Below, in pieces: positions 52,331-61,583 of a stretch of DNA of 64,000 bases. This stretch comes from an uncultured Gammaproteobacteria bacterium (lineage in GTDB: Bacteria; Pseudomonadota; Gammaproteobacteria; DRLM01). The stretch spans positions 640,001-704,000 of the forward strand of contig CAVSNY010000007.1 of the NCBI GenBank assembly GCA_963729605.1, written 5' to 3'. Each line of letters opens with the position of its first letter. Positions within the stretch are counted from its first letter, which is position 1. A program made the translations under genes and the position numbers. Under the pieces are notes generated by a model, which saw nothing but the letters and a program-made list of their open reading frames with translations, was not told the origin of the DNA and searched no databases.

Positions 52331-53098
52331 TCAGATCAAGCAGCAGGTGAGTTCGAAGTGTACGTCTTGGGTGGTTTGCACCGCGTGGCCGTCGGGCAGG
52401 GGCTCCATGAAGCGCACCGTGAAACGATGGCGGCCGCCGCTGACCTCGGCGTAATAAGGCGCGTCCGCCGCCACGGCGACCCGCACCAATTGGCAGGGAC
52501 AGGTGGCGTCGAGCATTTTTTGAAAGAAGCCGCCATGGGCGATTTCCGGCACGGGGTTGGCGCTGCCGCGCACCAGACGCAGGATCAGGGAAATGGATAA
52601 GCGGATCGGTTCGAAGACGGTGATCCAGTTGTGCAGATCGGCGATGCGCTTGGGCAAGGGCCGTTGCAGCCAGAAATGGTAGCCGGGCAGGTCGAAGTCG
52701 CAGGTGCCGCCGGGGATGCTGACCCGTTGTTTGACGCTGTTGAGAAATTCGTTCTGCCGCAATTCCTGGCCGACCTGGCCGTGCATGGCATGCATGCGGT
52801 CCACCAGCATATCGAATTCGTCGAGCAGTTCGACCAGGCGCGCGCGATCGACGCCGGGGGCGTTTTCCAGGGCGGCGAGGGCGTTCATCTGCCGTTCCAG
52901 TTCTTTCATCACCTCGGTCTTGAGGTCGGCGCGGTTGAAGATGGTGAGGATGTCGAGCAGGCTGACCAGCGCGTTGCGGCTGTCCCACAGCGAGGCGCCT
53001 TCGAGACGGGCGAAGAATTCCTTGAACAGATGTTCCAGCCGCAGAAAGGTCCGGACTCGTTCGTTCAGCGGTTGTTCGTAGATGACTTTTGCTTGCAC
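52331..53098 (-). CDS. zapD: Cell division protein ZapD
   Basis: [27 protein letters not shown]; GTG start. Confidence 0.95.
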   Translation of the reverse strand: MQAKVIYEQPLNERVRTFLRLEHLFKEFFARLEGASLWDSRNALVSLLDILTIFNRADLKTEVMKELERQMNALAALENAPGVDRARLVELLDEFDMLVDRMHAMHGQVGQELRQNEFLNSVKQRVSIPGGTCDFDLPGYHFWLQRPLPKRIADLHNWITVFEPIRLSISLILRLVRGSANPVPEIAHGGFFQKMLDATCPCQLVRVAVAADAPYYAEVSGGRHRFTVRFMEPLPDGHAVQTTQDVHFELTCCLI

Positions 53099-53323
53099 GA
53101 GTCGCTTTGTGAATAGGGCACGGTTGGTTGCGCCGTGCCGGCGGTTCGAAACGGCAGACGGTGTTTCGCCGCCGCCTGCTCCCCTTATGTTAAGAACTCT
53201 GTTTGACTGTAATTCCACCGCCCTTTGCCGATGAGGCGGGGAGCAATGGATGTGTCGTCTCAATAACTGAATCAGAATAACCGAGCGCCGGCGGGCGCTC
53301 CACGAAATGAACCATAGTGTACG

Positions 53324-53959
53324 TCAATGCTGCGGGCCGTGTAAGGGTGGCGTGGTCTTTTCCGCCGCCGCGGCGAGCCGGAGATAACGCTGATGCAAGG
53401 CCTCGGTTTGTTGCCGGAGTTCGGCGAGGCCGCCGTCGTTGGTGATGAGGTCGTCGGCGATCGCGAGCCGGCTTTGCCGCGCCGCCTGACTGCGCATGAT
53501 CGCGGCGATTTCCTCGGACGACAGGCCGTCGCGGGCCTGTACCCGGCTGCGCTGGACCGCATCCGGCGAGTCCACCACCAGCACCCGGTCCACGAAACCG
53601 GTTTGCCCGGTTTCCAGCAGCAGGGGAATGACCGCCACGCAATAAGGCGCGTCGAGCGCGGCGATGCGCCGGCGCATGTCGGCGTAGATGCGGGGATGCA
53701 TGATTTTTTCCAGCGCGCCGCGCTGCGCGGCATCGCGAAACACCACGCCGCGCAGGCGGTCGCGGTTGAGGGTGCCGTCGGGATTCAATATCCCGGCGCC
53801 GAAGTGGGCGGCGATTTCCCGAAGCGCGTCGCTGCCCGGCGCCACGACCTCGCGCGCCACCGCGTCGGCGTCGATGACCGGTGCGCCGAGTTCGCCGAAA
53901 TAATCGGCCACGGTGGATTTGCCGCTGCCGATACCGCCTGTGAGTCCGATGATGAACAT
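53324..53959 (-). CDS. coaE: Dephospho-CoA kinase
   Basis: GLTGGIGSGKS, IDAD, IPLLLE. Confidence 0.96.
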   Translation of the reverse strand: MFIIGLTGGIGSGKSTVADYFGELGAPVIDADAVAREVVAPGSDALREIAAHFGAGILNPDGTLNRDRLRGVVFRDAAQRGALEKIMHPRIYADMRRRIAALDAPYCVAVIPLLLETGQTGFVDRVLVVDSPDAVQRSRVQARDGLSSEEIAAIMRSQAARQSRLAIADDLITNDGGLAELRQQTEALHQRYLRLAAAAEKTTPPLHGPQH

Positions 53960-54125
53960 GGACTTAGGTTACGGCGCGCGTCAGCGGCCCGCAAGTCCGC
54001 GGAGGGCTGGGATTGCGAAAGGCGGCATCGCGATGGCGGATGCTGGCGTCCCGATGAGCGAGGGCTGAACAGGCTCATCGCGGGTGTGGTGCAGCTTACT
54101 TTGGGAAAGACTTGCCGGAGTTCTG

Positions 54126-55013
54126 TTAAACGGACAGCCCCATCATCGCGAAATAACGCGCGGTGATGGCGTCGCCCCACAGCAGGGCGAGCCAGCCGGC
54201 GGTGGCGAGATAGGGACCAAAAGGGATGGGGATGTTGCGGTCGCGGCCGCGGGCGAGGATCAGGGTGATGCCCACCGCCGCGCCCACGACGCTGGATAAC
54301 AGGACGATGACCGGCAGCCCCTGCCAGCCTACCCAGGCGCCGAGCATGGCCAGCAGTTTGAAATCGCCGTGACCCATGCCTTCCTTGCCGGTGGCCCATT
54401 TGAACAAGACGTAAACCGTCCACAGACTGAGATACCCCGCCGCCGCGCCGATGATGCTGGCGGCGCTGTCGACGAACAGGGCGGGCAGGCTCAGCAACAG
54501 CCCGAGCCACAACAGCGGCAGGGTGATGCTGTCGGGTAGCAGTTGGTGGTCGAAGTCGATGACGGTCAGCGCGATCAATCCCCAGGTCAACAGCAACGCC
54601 GCCCCGGCGGCCCAGCCGAAACCGAAATGCCAGGCGACGATGCCGGACAACATGGCGGTCACAGCCTCCACCACCGGGTAACGCCGGCTGATGTGACCAC
54701 CGCAACCGGGGCAACGGCCTTTGAGCCACAGATAACTCACCAGCGGGATGTTTTCCACGGCGGTGATCGGGCGCTGGCAATGGGGGCAGCGGGAGCGCGG
54801 GGTGACGAGATTGAACGCGTCCGCTTGCGGCGGCGCGGCGTTATCGTCGGACTCGCTCAATAAAAGGCGGCACTGTTCCTGCCACTCGCGCTGCATCATG
54901 AGCGGCAGCCGGTAAATCACCACATTGAGGAAACTGCCCACCAGCAGACCGAGGAAGGCCGCGACGGCGGTGAAGGCCAGGGTGTTTTCGGCGAGGTAGG
55001 CCCAGATGCTCAC
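54126..55013 (-). CDS. pilD: Prepilin peptidase / N-methyltransferase
   Basis: GSFLNVVIYRLP, CxxC pairs, GMGHGDFKL, PFGPYL. Confidence 0.96.
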   Translation of the reverse strand: MSIWAYLAENTLAFTAVAAFLGLLVGSFLNVVIYRLPLMMQREWQEQCRLLLSESDDNAAPPQADAFNLVTPRSRCPHCQRPITAVENIPLVSYLWLKGRCPGCGGHISRRYPVVEAVTAMLSGIVAWHFGFGWAAGAALLLTWGLIALTVIDFDHQLLPDSITLPLLWLGLLLSLPALFVDSAASIIGAAAGYLSLWTVYVLFKWATGKEGMGHGDFKLLAMLGAWVGWQGLPVIVLLSSVVGAAVGITLILARGRDRNIPIPFGPYLATAGWLALLWGDAITARYFAMMGLSV

Positions 55014-55079
55014 GGTTGCGTCCCTGCGAGTTGGATTGGCGATGGTGAACCGTGATCGGCTCGGTCGCGGAAGGCTGGC

Positions 55080-56300
55080 TTACACCACCTCGCCCATTTT
55101 GAAGATGGGCAGGTACATGGCGATGACCAGGCCGCCGATGATCACGCCGAGAAAGGCCATGATCATGGGTTCGAGCAGGCTGCTCAGGCCGTCCACGGCG
55201 TTGTCGACCTCTTCTTCGTAGAAGTCGGCCACTTTGGCCAGCATGGCGTCCAGCGAACCGGATTCCTCGCCGATGGCCACCATCTGCACCACCATGTTGG
55301 GAAACAGCCCGGTCTGCCGCATGCCCATTTGCAGGGAGATGCCGGTGGAAACCTCGTCGCGGATGCGCAGGATGGCGTTGCTGTAGACGATGTTGCCGGA
55401 GGCGCCGGCCACCGTGGTCATGGCCTCCACCAGCGGCACGCCGGCGGCGAACATGGTGGACAAGGTGCGCGCGTAACGGGCGATGGTGGCCTTGTTGACG
55501 ATGTCGCCGATGATGGGGAATTGCAGCGAAAGCCGGTCGAGAAAATGGTTGAATTTAGGAAAACGTTTTTTACTTTCGATGAAGGCGAAGATGCCGCCGC
55601 CGATAGCACCCAGAATGGCCCACCAATAGCTCTGCACGAATTTCGACATGTCGACGACGAACTGGGTCATGGCGGGTAGTTCGCCACCGAAACCTTTGAA
55701 CAGGGATTCAAACTGCGGCACCACGAAATACAGCAAAATGATGGTGACGATGAAGGCCGCCACGATGACCGCGGTGGGATAAAACATGGCCTTTTTGATC
55801 TTGCCTTTGATCGCCTCGACCTTCTCCTTGTAGATGGCGATCTTGTGCAGCAGGGTTTCCAGGATACCGGCCTGTTCGCCGGCCCGGACTAGGTTGCAAT
55901 ACAGCTCGTCGAAATGGCGGGGGTGTTTGGCCAGCGCCTCCGAAAGCGAGCTGCCGCTCTCCACGTCGGCCTTGATCGACATGATGAGGTCTTGCATGCC
56001 GGGGTTGTCGTGGCCGCGGCCGATGATCTCGAAAGACTGCACCAGGGGCACGCCCGAGCTCATCATGGTGGCCATCTGGCGGCTGAATACGGCGATGTCT
56101 TTGGGCGTGATCTTTTTGCTGGCGCCGCCGAACAGCGGCTTGGGCTTCTTTTTGACCTTGAGCGGATTGATACCCTGCCGGCGTAGCTCGGCCTTGACCA
56201 GGGTCACGCTCACACCTTTGACTTCGCCTTTGGTGCGGGAGCCCTTTTTATCGGTGCCTTCCCAGACGAACATGGTTTGGTTTGCGGTTTTTTCTGCCAT
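55080..56300 (-). CDS. pilC: Type IV pilus inner-membrane platform protein
   Basis: GspF repeats, AGEQAG, GEESGSL, MYLPIF. Confidence 0.96.
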   Translation of the reverse strand: MAEKTANQTMFVWEGTDKKGSRTKGEVKGVSVTLVKAELRRQGINPLKVKKKPKPLFGGASKKITPKDIAVFSRQMATMMSSGVPLVQSFEIIGRGHDNPGMQDLIMSIKADVESGSSLSEALAKHPRHFDELYCNLVRAGEQAGILETLLHKIAIYKEKVEAIKGKIKKAMFYPTAVIVAAFIVTIILLYFVVPQFESLFKGFGGELPAMTQFVVDMSKFVQSYWWAILGAIGGGIFAFIESKKRFPKFNHFLDRLSLQFPIIGDIVNKATIARYARTLSTMFAAGVPLVEAMTTVAGASGNIVYSNAILRIRDEVSTGISLQMGMRQTGLFPNMVVQMVAIGEESGSLDAMLAKVADFYEEEVDNAVDGLSSLLEPMIMAFLGVIIGGLVIAMYLPIFKMGEVV

Positions 56301-56302
56301 GA

Positions 56303-58024
56303 TTACACCGTGATAACGCGATTAAGTTCTTCCAGACTGGTCATCCCCGCTTTGACCTTGCGCAGACCGGAGGTGCGCAGGTCGGCGATGCCTTCCTTTT
56401 TGGCCATGTCGGCCAGCAGTAATGCGTTACAGTTTTCCATAATGATCCGCGCCATATTTTCCGAGATGGGCATCACTTGGTAAATGCCCACCCGACCCTT
56501 GTAGCCTTCGCTGCACTTGTCGCACCCCATCGCTTTATAGATGGTGATGTCATCGATTTCGTCTTCCGAAAAGCCTTCATTGATGAGTGCCTCGGGCGGT
56601 ATGTAGACCGGTTGTTTGCAATGCGGGCATAAACGCCGGGCCAGGCGTTGCGCCACGATCAGCGATACCGCCGAGGCGATATTGAACGGCGGCACCCCCA
56701 TATTAGCAAGACGTGTGAGGGTTTGGGGCGCATCGTTGGTATGCAGGGTGGAGAATACCATATGGCCGGTCTGTGCGGCCTTGATGGCGATCTCGGCGGT
56801 CTCGAGGTCGCGGATTTCGCCGACCATAATCACGTCCGGGTCCTGGCGGAGGAATGCGCGCAAGGCCGAAGCGAAGGTCAACCCGGCTTTGACATTGACG
56901 TTCACCTGGTTGATGCCCGCCAGATTGATTTCCGCCGGGTCTTCCGCGGTGGAGATGTTGCGGTCCGGCTGGTTGAGGATGTTTAAACAGGTGTACAGCG
57001 ATACGGTCTTGCCGCTGCCGGTGGGGCCGGTGACCAGCACCATGCCGTAAGGCTGGAATACCGCCTTCATCAAGTGTTCTTTTTGTTCGGGTTCGAAACC
57101 GAGTGCGTCGATGCCGAGCTGGGCGCTGGTGGGGTCCAGGATACGCATCACGATCTTTTCGCCGAACAGGGTCGGGCAGGTGCTGACCCGGAAATCGATG
57201 GCGCGGTTCTTCGACAAGGTCATCTTCATGCGGCCGTCTTGCGGTACCCGTTTCTCGGAGATGTCGAGCCGCGACATGACCTTGATGCGCGCCGACATCC
57301 GGTTGGCCAGGGCCAGCGGCGGATTGGCGACTTCCTTGAGCATGCCGTCCTGGCGGTAACGTACCCGGTAGACCTTTTCGTAAGGTTCAAAGTGAATGTC
57401 GGAGGCCCCTCTGTGGATGGCGTCGAGCAATACCTTGTTGATGAAACGTACCACCGGGGTGTCGTCCACTTCGGAGTCGCTGCCGTCGCCGCCGAAGTCT
57501 TCCTCGCCGCCGGTGATCTCGAGGTCGTCCAGATCGCTGTCGTTGAGGTCGACCATGGAGGTTTCTTGGGCCGACAAGGATTTATCAATCATCTTGGCCA
57601 GCCGGTCTTGTTCGACCAGAATGGGCTCCGCGGTCAGGCCGGTCTGAAACTTGATCTCATCGAGGGCTTGCAGATTGGTGGGATCGGCGACCGCGACGTA
57701 AAGACGATTGCCGCGTTTGAACAGCGGCAGGACGTGGTGTTTGCGGACCAGCTTCTCTTCCACCGCCTTGACCGCCAGCGCGTCCATGTCGATGGTGGTG
57801 ATGTCGAACAGCGGTACGCCGAATTCGGCGGCGCCGGTCTCGGCGATGGAATAGGCGTCGAGCGTCTTGCTGTCCACCAGCTGGGCGACAAAGGAAATCT
57901 TCTTTTTGGCCGCCTCGTCGTAGGCCTGGCGGGCCTGGTCGTCCGAGAGCAGACCGTCCGCCACCAGTTTGCGGGCGAGGCCGCTGAAGCGTAAGACTGT
58001 ATCCGTAGCCGTTGCTGACGCCAT
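56303..58024 (-). CDS. pilB: Type IV pilus extension ATPase
   Basis: ASDIHFEP, GPTGSGKT, LRQDPD, TGH..STLH, Zn-binding CxxC pairs. Confidence 0.97.
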   Translation of the reverse strand: MASATATDTVLRFSGLARKLVADGLLSDDQARQAYDEAAKKKISFVAQLVDSKTLDAYSIAETGAAEFGVPLFDITTIDMDALAVKAVEEKLVRKHHVLPLFKRGNRLYVAVADPTNLQALDEIKFQTGLTAEPILVEQDRLAKMIDKSLSAQETSMVDLNDSDLDDLEITGGEEDFGGDGSDSEVDDTPVVRFINKVLLDAIHRGASDIHFEPYEKVYRVRYRQDGMLKEVANPPLALANRMSARIKVMSRLDISEKRVPQDGRMKMTLSKNRAIDFRVSTCPTLFGEKIVMRILDPTSAQLGIDALGFEPEQKEHLMKAVFQPYGMVLVTGPTGSGKTVSLYTCLNILNQPDRNISTAEDPAEINLAGINQVNVNVKAGLTFASALRAFLRQDPDVIMVGEIRDLETAEIAIKAAQTGHMVFSTLHTNDAPQTLTRLANMGVPPFNIASAVSLIVAQRLARRLCPHCKQPVYIPPEALINEGFSEDEIDDITIYKAMGCDKCSEGYKGRVGIYQVMPISENMARIIMENCNALLLADMAKKEGIADLRTSGLRKVKAGMTSLEELNRVITV

Positions 58025-58198
58025 GCTGATTTACCTATTGATTACCGAGTTGAATCCACGCTGGGGGTATCGGCTTAGGTGAAAGATTTATTTAGCGCGA
58101 GTGAGGTGCGGTGTGCGGATGCAAGATAGAAGGTGTGTGAGCCGACAGGAGTATTCGGGTTATTTGCATTTCCTGCGCGCGATGCACGGTATATGCCC

Positions 58199-58229
58199 AA
58201 AAAAGAAGGCGCCCCGCGAGGGGGCGCCA
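58199..58229 (-). terminator. Intrinsic terminator after pilA
   Basis: ggcgccc-stem hairpin followed by ttctttttt on the minus strand. Confidence 0.75.
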
Positions 58230-58286
58230 TAAGTTTTGATGTTGATTTCGTGCGCGTAGCGTACGCTACGCTTGCTGGTGTTTAAA

Positions 58287-58718
58287 TTAGCGGCAAGTTG
58301 ACGGACGGTATTTGGCGGCAAGTGTACCGCCGCTGCAATCCCAGTCGATGGAGGAGGTGGGGGGGGTGCCCGCAACCAAAGCGGCTGTAGCGCTGGTGGG
58401 CGTCATTAGGATGGTGCCGCCGCCCGCTGCCGCTGTGTAAGTAACCGTAATCACGCCCGTGGTAGCATCGACAGCGACTGAAGTGACATTATCTGTAGCT
58501 GTCGGAGGAGTCCATCCTGCGTTTAAGGCAGCGGCACCAGCGGAGGCGTTTTCTGACACGGTTGCTTTTGCTGAGGACGCCAAGTTGAGGCCTTCCGTGA
58601 CTTTGGCGCGGATGGTGTAATCCTGATACGCCGGAATCGCGATGGCGGCCAAGATGCCGATGATCGCGACTACGATCATCAGTTCGATAAGGGTAAAGCC
58701 CTGTTGAGTCTTTTTCAT
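58287..58718 (-). CDS. pilA: Type IVa major pilin
   Basis: QQG|[27 protein letters not shown]; C-terminal disulfide loop; aggag RBS. Confidence 0.96.
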   Translation of the reverse strand: MKKTQQGFTLIELMIVVAIIGILAAIAIPAYQDYTIRAKVTEGLNLASSAKATVSENASAGAAALNAGWTPPTATDNVTSVAVDATTGVITVTYTAAAGGGTILMTPTSATAALVAGTPPTSSIDWDCSGGTLAAKYRPSTCR

Positions 58719-58858
58719 GCGGTGTCTCCTAAAATGACAGTTGTGTGTGCGTCGTAAACAAGGGCGCTGGGATTTCCGCTGGGGCTGACCAGTGCTACCG
58801 GGGGGCGGCAGCATCGGCGCGTTTACCACGGGTTACACCTTTGCCGTGCAGAGGTGAA

Positions 58859-58874
58859 AGCAGAAAGCATGCCA
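58859..58874 (-). promoter_or_regulatory. sigma54 promoter of pilA
   Basis: TGGCATGCTTTCTGCT (GG-N10-GC) on the minus strand. Confidence 0.8.
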
Positions 58875-59037
58875 GTGATCAAAAAAGGCCGCGGTGGATT
58901 TTTTTCTTTATGTAATGATGGGATAGAGTTCACGTTTTTCGAGTGTACATGACGGTGTTGCGCCTTAAACGGAGGAGAAAGGAGGTATGGCGGGAGACGC
59001 TGTTATTCATGGTCGGCATGGCGCGAGGCGGAGCCGC

Positions 59038-59072
59038 TGACGCATTTTGTCATAAAGTGACGAAAATGGTCA
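59038..59072. promoter_or_regulatory. Tandem palindromic enhancer sites, probable PilR UAS
   Basis: tgacgcattttgtca and tgacgaaaatggtca ~170-200 bp upstream of the sigma54 promoter. Confidence 0.6.
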
Positions 59073-59235
59073 GTGCAATGTCAGCAGATAGCGTGCGAGA
59101 CGGTGTAAAAGCTCGAAATTATTCTAAAGATGATGGGTGCTAAAACTTCCGGCTCCGCGACGTTGCCTCGCAGCCGTTTTCACACCGTCTCGCGCGCTGT
59201 GGTGTACCTTCAATACCTAAATGTTGCATAGTGAG

Positions 59236-59263
59236 TTGACATGATACGTCTCTGGCGTATAGT
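59236..59263 (+). promoter_or_regulatory. sigma70 promoter with embedded palindromic operator for higBA
   Basis: TTGACA-N16-TATAGT; atacgtc-tct-ggcgtat imperfect palindrome; ATG 6 nt after the -10 box. Confidence 0.75.
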
Positions 59264-59269
59264 CAGCCT

Positions 59270-59590
59270 ATGTTTACCATTATCGAATTACCGCCATTTG
59301 CCGCGGTGCGCGATGAATTATTTTCTGATGACGACTTCGCTGACTTTCAAGGGTTCCTGAACGAGCATCCCGAGGTGGGTGATGTTATTCCCGAAACAGG
59401 CGGTTGCAGGAAAATTCGGTGGGCCGCCAGAGGTAAAGGTAAGCGCGGCGGCGCGCGGGTGATTTATTTCCTGCATCTTTCCGCGGAGGAGATAGTCTTG
59501 GTGGCCGCTTATGGGAAGGGGGAGCGTGATGATGTGCCGCGCAAGTGGCTGCGGCAATTGAAGGAGAACTTTCTTGATGAGCAAGGCTAA
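59270..59590 (+). CDS. higB: RelE/HigB-family toxin
   Basis: GDVIPETGGCRKIRW...GKRGGARVIY; toxin-first order. Confidence 0.9.
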   Translation: MFTIIELPPFAAVRDELFSDDDFADFQGFLNEHPEVGDVIPETGGCRKIRWAARGKGKRGGARVIYFLHLSAEEIVLVAAYGKGERDDVPRKWLRQLKENFLDEQG

Positions 59591-59945
59591 GAAATTAATC
59601 AAGCAATACCTTGAAGATACGCAAACCAAAAAAGCTAAGGCACCGCTATGGACGCGCAAAACCGAGCTTGTTCCACGGCGTGACGGTTCCGTGCGACGGC
59701 GGGTCAAGCGCAGCGATGGGACCATCGAACGCGACGAAGTCATTTCCGCCGAGCGGTGGCAAGTGATGACGGCGCGAGCTGCAACCGGTTTGTCACAAAC
59801 TGAATTTGCCCAACTGCTCGGGGTATCCAAGCGCACGATCCAGGAATGGGAGCAGGGTCGTAAGCGCCCCTCCGGCGCCGCAAAAATGCTGTTGAAGATA
59901 GCCGCGAAACACCCCGAGGTGTTGCGCGAGGTTTTGGCCGCATAG
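59574..59945 (+). CDS. higA: HigA-type XRE HTH antitoxin
   Basis: GLSQTEFAQLLGVSKRTIQEWEQGR.RPSG. Confidence 0.88.
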   Translation: MMSKAKKLIKQYLEDTQTKKAKAPLWTRKTELVPRRDGSVRRRVKRSDGTIERDEVISAERWQVMTARAATGLSQTEFAQLLGVSKRTIQEWEQGRKRPSGAAKMLLKIAAKHPEVLREVLAA

Positions 59946-59970
59946 CATGATTAGATGACGTTACGCACTT

Positions 59971-60071
59971 TCTCCCTCTCCCGCTTGCGGGAGAGCAAGG
60001 GCTGGGAGAGACAAATGCTGGACAACCCTAAAGCCTTGCGCAGTCACCAGACTGAAAAGACGATGAAATAG
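59971..60071 (+). pseudogene. Palindrome plus truncated DUF559 5' remnant
   Basis: ctctcccgcttgcgggagag hairpin, then ATG 60015: MLDNPKALRSHQTE(KTMK*), resembling the DUF559 N-terminus (A+xLRxxxTxAE). Confidence 0.6.
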
Positions 60072-60248
60072 TTTTCACATAGTCTCGTGCGCCGCGCGCT
60101 CGGATCGGTGTAAGGTGAAAATCAAGCGAAACGCATCCTGAGCTTCATGGTTTCCATGGCGCGGTGACGGCTGTTTCGTAGGCACGGCGCACGCTGCGCG
60201 GCTGCAAGGAGGGGGGATTTTGTGCTGCTGCCTTTGTGCGAGGTGTGC

Positions 60249-61583
60249 TTAATCCAGCCCCAATTTTTTCAGCCGGTAGCGCAGGGCGCGGAAGGAAATG
60301 CCCAGGAGTTTAGCGGCGGCGGTTTTGTTGTAACGGGTCTGTTCCAGGGCCTTGACGATGGTGTCCCGCGCGATGGAATCCAGAAAGGGTTCGAGCGGCA
60401 CCGGGCCGCCGGCGGCAGGCGCGGCCGCGCCGGTGCTGGGCAGGCGCAAGTCCGCGGCGTGGATGGTGTTGCCCTCGCAAAGGGTGATGGCCCGTTCGAG
60501 GATGTTTTCCAGTTCCCGCACATTGCCGGGAAAGGGATACTGCGATAAGGCGTGAATGGCGTCTGCGCTGAGTCGCGGGGTTTCCTCACCGCTTTGCGCA
60601 GCGATGCGCTGCAGGATGTGCTCGGCGAGCAGGGTGATGTCGTCGCCGCGTTCGCGCAACGGCGGCACGTGCAGCTCGATCACGTTGATGCGGTAGAACA
60701 GGTCCTGGCGGAATCCGCCCGTCTCCACCAGCGCGGCCAGATCTTTATGGGTGGCGCTCAATATGCGCACGTCGGTGGGCATCTCCTTTTGCGCGCCGAT
60801 CGGCCGCACGGATTTTTCCTGGATGACCCGCAGCAGTTTCACCTGCATGTGCAGCGGCAGGTCCGCCACTTCGTCGAGAAACAAGGTGCCGCCGTGGGCC
60901 GCTTGGAATAAACCATCCTTATCCGCCACGGCGCCGGTGAAACTGCCTTTTTTGTGGCCGAAGAATTCACTTTCCACTAACTCGCCGGGGATGGCGCCGC
61001 AATTGACCGGGATGAACGGCTTGTCGGCGCGCGGGCCTTTGTCGTGGATCAGACGCGCCACCAGTTCTTTACCGACCCCCGACTCGCCGCTGATATAAAC
61101 CGGCGCCTGGCTGCGGGCCAGTTTGGCGATGGTGGCCTGGATCTTTTTCATCGCCGGCGAGTCGCCGAGCAGGCTCAGGCTCGAACTCCGCATCGTCTTG
61201 GCCTGGGTCTGCGAGAGTTTGAGCGCGGTGTGCACCAGGTTACGCAGCACCTGCAAGTCCACCGGTTTGGAGACGAAGTCGAAGGCGCCGGCCTTGAGCG
61301 CGCTGACCGCCGATTCCATATTGCCGTGGGCGGTGATGACCGCGACCGGGGTGTCGGGATAGTTTTTTTGGATGTGCTCGACCAGGTCGATGCCGTTGCC
61401 GTCGGGCAGGCGCATGTCGGTGAGGCATAAATCGAAGGGCTGGGCGGCGAGCAGGGCGCGGGCGCTGCTCAAATCTTGAGCGGCGGCGCTGGCGATATTC
61501 ATGCGGCCGAGGGTGATCTCGATCAGCTCGCGGATATCCGGTTCGTCGTCGACCACCAGGGCGATGGGTTGCTGTGTGCTCAC
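60249..61583 (-). CDS. pilR: sigma54-dependent response regulator PilR
   Basis: Receiver VVDDE/LTD, GESGVGKE, GSFTGA, Fis HTH; GTG start overlapping pilS stop. Confidence 0.93.
   Translation of the reverse strand: MSTQQPIALVVDDEPDIRELIEITLGRMNIASAAAQDLSSARALLAAQPFDLCLTDMRLPDGNGIDLVEHIQKNYPDTPVAVITAHGNMESAVSALKAGAFDFVSKPVDLQVLRNLVHTALKLSQTQAKTMRSSSLSLLGDSPAMKKIQATIAKLARSQAPVYISGESGVGKELVARLIHDKGPRADKPFIPVNCGAIPGELVESEFFGHKKGSFTGAVADKDGLFQAAHGGTLFLDEVADLPLHMQVKLLRVIQEKSVRPIGAQKEMPTDVRILSATHKDLAALVETGGFRQDLFYRINVIELHVPPLRERGDDITLLAEHILQRIAAQSGEETPRLSADAIHALSQYPFPGNVRELENILERAITLCEGNTIHAADLRLPSTGAAAPAAGGPVPLEPFLDSIARDTIVKALEQTRYNKTAAAKLLGISFRALRYRLKKLGLD

Noticed and set aside
58719-58858. c-di-GMP riboswitch in the long pilA leader
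   Set aside because: Some pairing potential, but the GEMM consensus elements were not recognisable.
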